This document shows positions 58,658-64,000 of a stretch of DNA of 64,000 bases, piece by piece. Position 1 is the first letter of the stretch; each line of letters opens with the position of its first letter. A model generated the notes under the pieces. That model saw only the letters and a list, made by a program, of their open reading frames with translations, had not been told where the DNA came from and searched no databases. Made by a program: the position numbers and the translations under genes. Source of the stretch: Candidatus Latescibacterota bacterium (lineage in GTDB: Bacteria; Latescibacterota; UBA2968; UBA8231); contig OZ244561.1 of the NCBI GenBank assembly GCA_965217585.1, positions 4,608,001 to 4,672,000 of the forward strand, written 5' to 3'.

Positions 58658-59881
58658 ATGGCAGCAATCGTAAGCCCAGCCAAGAAGATTGCGGGGCAGG
58701 TCTCGGTGCCCGGAGAGCGGGAGCCAGCCGAGCGCGCACTCGCGTTGTCCGCGCTGAGCGAAGGAGATAGCGTTGTCCGCAACGCGCCCGTTGCCGCTGG
58801 CCGCGTGGTCGCTTTGTTGCGCGAGTTGGGCGTTGACATTGCCGAGCGCGCAGGCACCCATGAGGTGCGTGGCGTTGGGTTGCGGGGGTTTCAGGGCGCA
58901 GCGGCCCCACTCGACCTAGAGGGGTTGGGCGATACCGCGCTGTTGTTACTCCCCCTGCTCGCTGGGCAAACGTTTCGCTCGCGGGTGAAGTTGGGAATGG
59001 AAGCCGAGCGGTGTCGGCTACTGCTCGACCTGCTGGCTCAGCTCGGGTTCGCCGTCGAACAGGAGTGCGCGGGCACCTTTGTAATCGGGGGTCAGCAGGC
59101 CAAAGGGTTCGTCCTCTCCGAGGCACCGCCGACCGACGCCCTAGCCCTGGGCTCGATGGTGGCCGCGCTCTTTGCCGAGGGGACGACCGCGCTGAAAACC
59201 GGCAGCCGCGTGGAGCGCTTGTTGCGCGGGCGCGGGGTCGCTGTCGAGCGGCGCAAACTGCTGCTGGTAGAGGGCGGGCAGGCGCTGCAGGGCGTTGACG
59301 TAGAGGTGCCCGGGCAACTCGCGTTGACCTATCCGCTCATGGGGGCTGCGCTGTGCCGCAAGGGGTCGGAGCTGACCATCAAGCGCGTGGCCATTCGCCC
59401 TGGGCAGCGGGCCTTCTTGGATTTGCTGCGGCAGATTGGGGCGCAGATCGCTGCGGAAAACCTCGGGGGAAACGAGTGCGATTTGCACGTGAGCGCCAGT
59501 CAGTTAAAGGCCACGCGTGTGGCCGGATCGCGGGCGGCCAGGGTCGCCGATCAGATCGCGTTGCTAGCGGTCTTGACGACCCAGGCGAAGGGGACGACGG
59601 TCATCCGCGATATCGAAGACATGCCGCACGTAGAGCATTTGTGCGCCGCGCTGCGCTCGCTCGATGCGCGGATTGGCCAGTTCCCAGAGGGGCTCGTTAT
59701 CAAAGGCGGCTTTCCGCTCCAAGGCGGCCAGCTCGACGGCAAGGGCGACCCTAATTTAACCATGGCTTTTGCCGTGGCTGGGCTGTTGGCCGAAGGGGAG
59801 TTGACCATCCAAGGCAGCGAGTGCTTGACGTCCATCTGGCCCGATTTTTTTCAGACCGTACACCTTATGCGAGGAGATTAA
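58658..59881 (+). CDS. EPSP synthase (AroA)-like protein with degenerate active-site motifs
   Basis: Colinear with class II AroA (G.V.VPG, G.GL.G, VPG, ATQA.G.T.IRD, MA.AVAGL.A.G), but the catalytic motifs are altered. Confidence 0.8.
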   Translation: MAAIVSPAKKIAGQVSVPGEREPAERALALSALSEGDSVVRNAPVAAGRVVALLRELGVDIAERAGTHEVRGVGLRGFQGAAAPLDLEGLGDTALLLLPLLAGQTFRSRVKLGMEAERCRLLLDLLAQLGFAVEQECAGTFVIGGQQAKGFVLSEAPPTDALALGSMVAALFAEGTTALKTGSRVERLLRGRGVAVERRKLLLVEGGQALQGVDVEVPGQLALTYPLMGAALCRKGSELTIKRVAIRPGQRAFLDLLRQIGAQIAAENLGGNECDLHVSASQLKATRVAGSRAARVADQIALLAVLTTQAKGTTVIRDIEDMPHVEHLCAALRSLDARIGQFPEGLVIKGGFPLQGGQLDGKGDPNLTMAFAVAGLLAEGELTIQGSECLTSIWPDFFQTVHLMRGD

Positions 59882-59883
59882 AT

Positions 59884-60024
59884 ATGCTGGGGCTCTTTCG
59901 GCTCTTTATGTGCGTGGCTGTGCTGTTGAGCGGCGGCCTACTCGCCATCCGCTTGCTCTACGGAGTATCGTGGCGCGAATCCCTGGAAATTGCTAACTGC
60001 TTCATTGAGGATTTGCTCGGGTGA
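59884..60024 (+). CDS. 46-aa hypothetical single-TM protein
   Basis: SD GAGGAG and ATG 59884, hydrophobic N-terminal half. The stop overlaps the aroE start (GTGA). Confidence 0.6.
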   Translation: MLGLFRLFMCVAVLLSGGLLAIRLLYGVSWRESLEIANCFIEDLLG

Positions 60025-60869
60025 TTTCCGGGACGACGCGAGTGCTCGGCGTCATCGGTGACCCGGTCGCGCACACGGCGTCGCCGGCCATGCACAACGC
60101 CGCGCTCAGGGCGCTGAATCTCAACTATGCGTACGCGGCGTTCCGCGTCGCTCCCGCAGCCTTGCCCCAAGCTCTCGCCGGAATGCGCGCCCTCGGCATG
60201 GTTGGGCTGAATGTAACCGTGCCGCACAAGCAGGCCGTCATGGCCCATCTAGACGAAATTTCCGCAGAGGCCCAGAGCATTGGCGCGGTCAATACCATTG
60301 CCAACCGCGATGGTCGGCTCGTGGGGTACAACACCGACGCCTTTGGGATCGTCCAAAGCCTCAAGGTCGATGGCGATTTGGACCCGCTGCCGCCCAAGGT
60401 CGCGCTCCTCGGTGCGGGCGGCGCGGCGCGGGCCGTTCTCTACGCGCTACTGGCACGGGACGAGGTGGAGGAGGTGCTGCTACTCAACCGCACGGTGGAA
60501 AAGGCCATAGCCCTCGCTGGCGACCTCGACAGCGCCGGCAAGGTGCGGGTTGGGTCGCTGGCAGAGACCGGGCCGATTGGGGACGCTGGTTTGCTCATCA
60601 ATGCCACGGCGCTGGGAATGCACCCCCGCGAAGACGTTTCGCCGCTGGCGGACCCATCGTGTCTGCACGAGCACATGCTGGTCGCCGACATTGTGTACAA
60701 CCCGTTGGAGACCACGCTCATGCGGCAGGCTGCAGCCGCTGGTGCATCCGCGATCAACGGCTTGGGGATGCTCGCTTGGCAGGGCGCTCGCTCGTTCGAG
60801 ATATGGACGGGTGTCGAGCCGCCGGTCGAGGCAATGATGGCGGCCGCACTGGAGCATTTTCCTGATTAG
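60021..60869 (+). CDS. aroE: Shikimate dehydrogenase
   Basis: G.PVAHTASP.MHN, NVTVPHK, GAVNT, NTD, GAGGAARA and G..ML..Q. Confidence 0.95.
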   Translation: MISGTTRVLGVIGDPVAHTASPAMHNAALRALNLNYAYAAFRVAPAALPQALAGMRALGMVGLNVTVPHKQAVMAHLDEISAEAQSIGAVNTIANRDGRLVGYNTDAFGIVQSLKVDGDLDPLPPKVALLGAGGAARAVLYALLARDEVEEVLLLNRTVEKAIALAGDLDSAGKVRVGSLAETGPIGDAGLLINATALGMHPREDVSPLADPSCLHEHMLVADIVYNPLETTLMRQAAAAGASAINGLGMLAWQGARSFEIWTGVEPPVEAMMAAALEHFPD

Positions 60870-60914
60870 ACCGTTGGTTGGATGGACTAAAAAGAATAAC
60901 AACATAGATAACGC

Positions 60915-62630
60915 ATGATAACCGAATCATTAGAAACGCGCATTAGCGCGGCACTGGCCCGAGCGGGCGCGCCCGCGGATTCCCCGGCCCTCGTCGGCCC
61001 GGCTACTCGCCCGGAGTTCGGCGACTACCAAGCCAACGGCGTGATGGCCGCGGCCAAGAAGCTGAAGACCAACCCCCGCGCGCTCGCCGCCCAGGTCGTG
61101 GAGGAACTGGATCTGGAGGACATGGCCGCGTCCGTAGATATCGCTGGCCCGGGCTTTATCAATATCCAGCTCAAAGGCGAGTGGCTGGCTGCGCAGTTAG
61201 GGAATGTGCTGGCCGATCCGCGACTCGGCGTGCCCAAGGCTGCGCCGCAAAAGGTCGTAATCGACTACTCGCATCCCAATTTGGCCAAGGAAATGCACAT
61301 CGGCCATCTGCGCAGCACAGTCATCGGCGACGCCATCGCCCGCGTCCTCAAATTCTCGGGCCACGAGGTCGTGCGCCACAATCACGTGGGCGACTGGGGG
61401 ACGCAGTTTGGGATGCTCATCGCCCACTTGGACCAGCTCGCGGACCCGGCCACGGAATTGGCCGACCTAGAAATATTCTACCAATCGGCGCGTCAGCGCT
61501 TTGACCAGGACGAGGCCTTCGCCGACCTGTCGCGGGAATACGTGGTCAAATTGCAAGGCGGCGACCCGCACGTGCTGAGGATGTGGCAGCAGTTCATCGA
61601 CGAGTCGCTCGCCCACGGCCAGCGCATATACGCCGCGCTAGGAGTCGGTCTTGAGCCAGCAGATGTGCGGGGCGAGAGCGCGTACAACGACGACTTGCCC
61701 CGCGTGGTCGAGGATTTGCAGGACAAGGGCCTGCTGGTGGAGTCCAACGGTGCGCAGTGCGTTTTCTTGGAGGAATTCAAAAACAAGGACGGTCAGATCA
61801 CGCCGGTGATCGTGCAGAAGTCGGACGGCGGCTATCTCTATGCGACGAGCGACCTCGCGGCCGTGCGCTACCGGGCCGGCGCGCTCGCGGCTGACCGCAT
61901 CCTCTACATCGTCGATGCACGCCAGTCGTTTCACTTGCAGCAGGTCTTCGCGGTGGCGCGGGCGGCTGGGTACGCGCCCGCGACGACCGCTTTGGAGCAC
62001 CACGCGTTTGGCGCGATTCTCGGCGCGGACAACCGGCCGTTTAGGACGCGGGCTGGCGGCACGGTCAAGCTGATGGACGTGCTGGAGGAAGGCGTGGAGC
62101 GGGCCTTTGCCCAAGTGAGTGAGAAAAACCCCGCGATGGATGAGGCCGAGCGGCGGCAGATCGCCCGCGTGATTGGCATTGGCAGCGTCAAGTACATGGA
62201 GTTGTCGTTCAACCGCACCTCGGACTACGTGTTCGACTGGGACAAGATGCTGGCCCTCGATGGCAACACCGCTCCGTACATGCTCTACTCGTATGCCCGC
62301 ATCAAGAGTATGTTCCGTCGCGCCGGTGTGGATGAAGGTGCGCTCAGCGGCGCGATAACGGTCGGCGAAAGGGCCGAGAGTGCGCTTGCCATCAAGCTGT
62401 TGCAGTTTCCCGAGGTGGTCGCGGCCGTGGCCCACCAGTGCTATCCGCACATGCTCTGTAGCTATCTCTACGAGCTGTCCGACGCCTTTATGAAGTTCTA
62501 CGAGCAGTGCCCGGTCCTCCGCGCAGACGAGCCGTTGCGCACGAGCCGGCTGCTGCTGGCGCTGCTGACCGCGCGCATCCTGCGCCAGGGACTCGACCTG
62601 CTAGGCATTGAGACCCTTGAGAGAATGTGA
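60915..62630 (+). CDS. argS: Arginine--tRNA ligase
   Basis: FGDYQ.N, GPGFIN, HIGHLRS, GDWGTQFG, KSDGGYLY and GNTAPY..Y.YAR. Confidence 0.97.
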   Translation: MITESLETRISAALARAGAPADSPALVGPATRPEFGDYQANGVMAAAKKLKTNPRALAAQVVEELDLEDMAASVDIAGPGFINIQLKGEWLAAQLGNVLADPRLGVPKAAPQKVVIDYSHPNLAKEMHIGHLRSTVIGDAIARVLKFSGHEVVRHNHVGDWGTQFGMLIAHLDQLADPATELADLEIFYQSARQRFDQDEAFADLSREYVVKLQGGDPHVLRMWQQFIDESLAHGQRIYAALGVGLEPADVRGESAYNDDLPRVVEDLQDKGLLVESNGAQCVFLEEFKNKDGQITPVIVQKSDGGYLYATSDLAAVRYRAGALAADRILYIVDARQSFHLQQVFAVARAAGYAPATTALEHHAFGAILGADNRPFRTRAGGTVKLMDVLEEGVERAFAQVSEKNPAMDEAERRQIARVIGIGSVKYMELSFNRTSDYVFDWDKMLALDGNTAPYMLYSYARIKSMFRRAGVDEGALSGAITVGERAESALAIKLLQFPEVVAAVAHQCYPHMLCSYLYELSDAFMKFYEQCPVLRADEPLRTSRLLLALLTARILRQGLDLLGIETLERM

Positions 62631-62640
62631 GGCGTGGGCC

Positions 62641-63174
62641 ATGACGAGGGGGCCGGTATTTCTGGCTGGTTTTATGGGCGTGGGCAAGACCCAGGTCGGG
62701 CGCATTCTGGCGCGGCAGCTAGGGCGTTGCTTTTTGGACACCGACCGGATGATCGAACAGCGCGCCGGCAAGACCATTGCGGAGATTTTCGCCGACGAAG
62801 GCGAGGCGCACTTCCGCCAGCTAGAGCGCGACTGCGTCCTCGAAACCTGTCAGCGCCCGGATGCCGTAGTGGCCTTGGGTGGTGGGGCAGTTACTCGCGC
62901 CGACAACGTCGCGGCCGTGCGCTGTGCTGGCGTCTTGGTGTGCCTCAAGGCGGACGTGGATACGATTTTTGCCCGAATCAGTCGGCGCTCTAACCGGCCT
63001 CTGCTCGCCGGGTTGGACCCGCAGGCGCAGCGCGCCAAGATAGAGACCTTGCTCAGCGAGCGTGCTCCTTACTACGACCAAGCCCATATCGAGCTGTACA
63101 CCACGCAGGCGCAGACGCCTGAGGACACGGCCGGGCAACTCCGCGACTTGCTGGAGAGCTATGCAAAGAATTGA
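62641..63174 (+). CDS. aroK: Shikimate kinase
   Basis: GFMGVGKT, DTD, GE..FR, GGG and RPLL. Confidence 0.95.
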   Translation: MTRGPVFLAGFMGVGKTQVGRILARQLGRCFLDTDRMIEQRAGKTIAEIFADEGEAHFRQLERDCVLETCQRPDAVVALGGGAVTRADNVAAVRCAGVLVCLKADVDTIFARISRRSNRPLLAGLDPQAQRAKIETLLSERAPYYDQAHIELYTTQAQTPEDTAGQLRDLLESYAKN

Positions 63175-64000
63175 CTTAGACATCCCGGGGGCTGCATACC
63201 CCATTTTCGTCGGCCACGATATCTTAGGGGAACTAGGGCCGCGCTGCCGCGACTTGGCTTTAGGCCGGCAGGTCGCGCTAGTGAGCGACGAGGTCGTGGC
63301 CGCGCGCTACCTGCAACCTGCGGCCGCGAGCTTGCGCGCCGCTGGATTTGAGGTGTTGGAGATTGTCTATGCCGGAGGCGAGGAAGCTAAGAACCTGCAC
63401 GGGGCCGAGGGCATCTTCGCGCAGATGATCGCGGCCGAGTTCGACCGCGGTGCCTGGATTGCGGCCTTGGGTGGGGGCGTAGTCGGCGACATGGCGGGCT
63501 TTGTGGCCTCTACCTATTTGCGCGGTGTGCCCTATGTGCAGGTGCCTACGACCATTGTCGCGCAGGTGGATTCGAGCATCGGCGGCAAGACGGGAGTCAA
63601 CCACGCGCTGGGCAAAAACCTGATCGGCACCTTTCACCAGCCGCGCTTGGTCTTGGCCGACACCAACGCGCTGCACTCGCTGCCGAGGCGGGAGCGGGTC
63701 GCGGGCATGGCCGAGGTGGTCAAACACGGGCTGATCCGCGACGCCGCGCTCTTCGCCTTTTTGGAGGAGCATTTGGAGGAAGTCGTGGATATGGCGTTGG
63801 TACCGGAGACCTTGGACTGGCTCATCGGCCGCAATGTCGAGATCAAGGCCGAGGTGGTGGCCGCCGACGAGAAGGAGCAGGGCTTGCGGGCCATCCTCAA
63901 TTACGGGCACACCATTGGGCACGCGATTGAGGCCGCCACGGACTACGGACGCTACCGGCACGGGGAGGCGATAATTTTGGGCTTGATCGCCGCGGGCGAA
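63161..64000 (+). CDS. aroB: 3-dehydroquinate synthase (3' truncated by the window edge)
   Basis: ATG 63161 overlaps aroK. Motifs GEEAK, LGGGVVGD, PTT...QVDSSIGGKTG.N, KNLIG.F.QP, LNYGHT.GHAIE and HGEA. Confidence 0.95.
   Translation, partial: MQRIDLDIPGAAYPIFVGHDILGELGPRCRDLALGRQVALVSDEVVAARYLQPAAASLRAAGFEVLEIVYAGGEEAKNLHGAEGIFAQMIAAEFDRGAWIAALGGGVVGDMAGFVASTYLRGVPYVQVPTTIVAQVDSSIGGKTGVNHALGKNLIGTFHQPRLVLADTNALHSLPRRERVAGMAEVVKHGLIRDAALFAFLEEHLEEVVDMALVPETLDWLIGRNVEIKAEVVAADEKEQGLRAILNYGHTIGHAIEAATDYGRYRHGEAIILGLIAAGE

Overview
A GC-rich bacterial chromosomal window, mostly housekeeping genes on the + strand. It contains, in order: a 5'-truncated molybdopterin oxidoreductase followed by IMPase, DapA-like and aminotransferase genes; a six-repeat ASH/Ig-like surface protein; an rsfS-mtnA-SPOR-mltD-mreD-mrdA-rodA-TPR block; a sigma-54 activator with no sensory domain next to an orphan parA that has a structured leader; a complete IS4-family element with TIRs and an 8-bp target duplication upstream of mazG; a sulfatase and ppk2; a loose glycosylation region; and a long aromatic amino acid operon. 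The glycosylation region has two GT-C-like membrane proteins, a methyltransferase, two CDP-paratose-epimerase-like genes, rfbD-like, DPM1-like and GT2 genes. Three secreted proteins share a FlgD-Ig/T9SS-like C-terminal domain: one plant-type LRR-LamG protein and two tandem S8 protease-IPT/TIG paralogs. An orphan Panacea/SocA antitoxin follows the proteases. The aromatic operon runs trpL attenuator, trpEG, trpG, trpD, trpC, trpS, chorismate mutase, tyrA, aroA-like, a small ORF, aroE, argS, aroK and aroB. The most notable items are an AroA homolog that has lost nearly all catalytic motifs, a near-leaderless Trp attenuator, a tyrA with no canonical start codon, a candidate three-way-junction RNA, and the secreted eukaryote-like protein set. 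The gene content resembles Latescibacterota-like marine or sponge-associated bacteria, but this is inference only. All calls come from reading motifs by eye; no searches were run.
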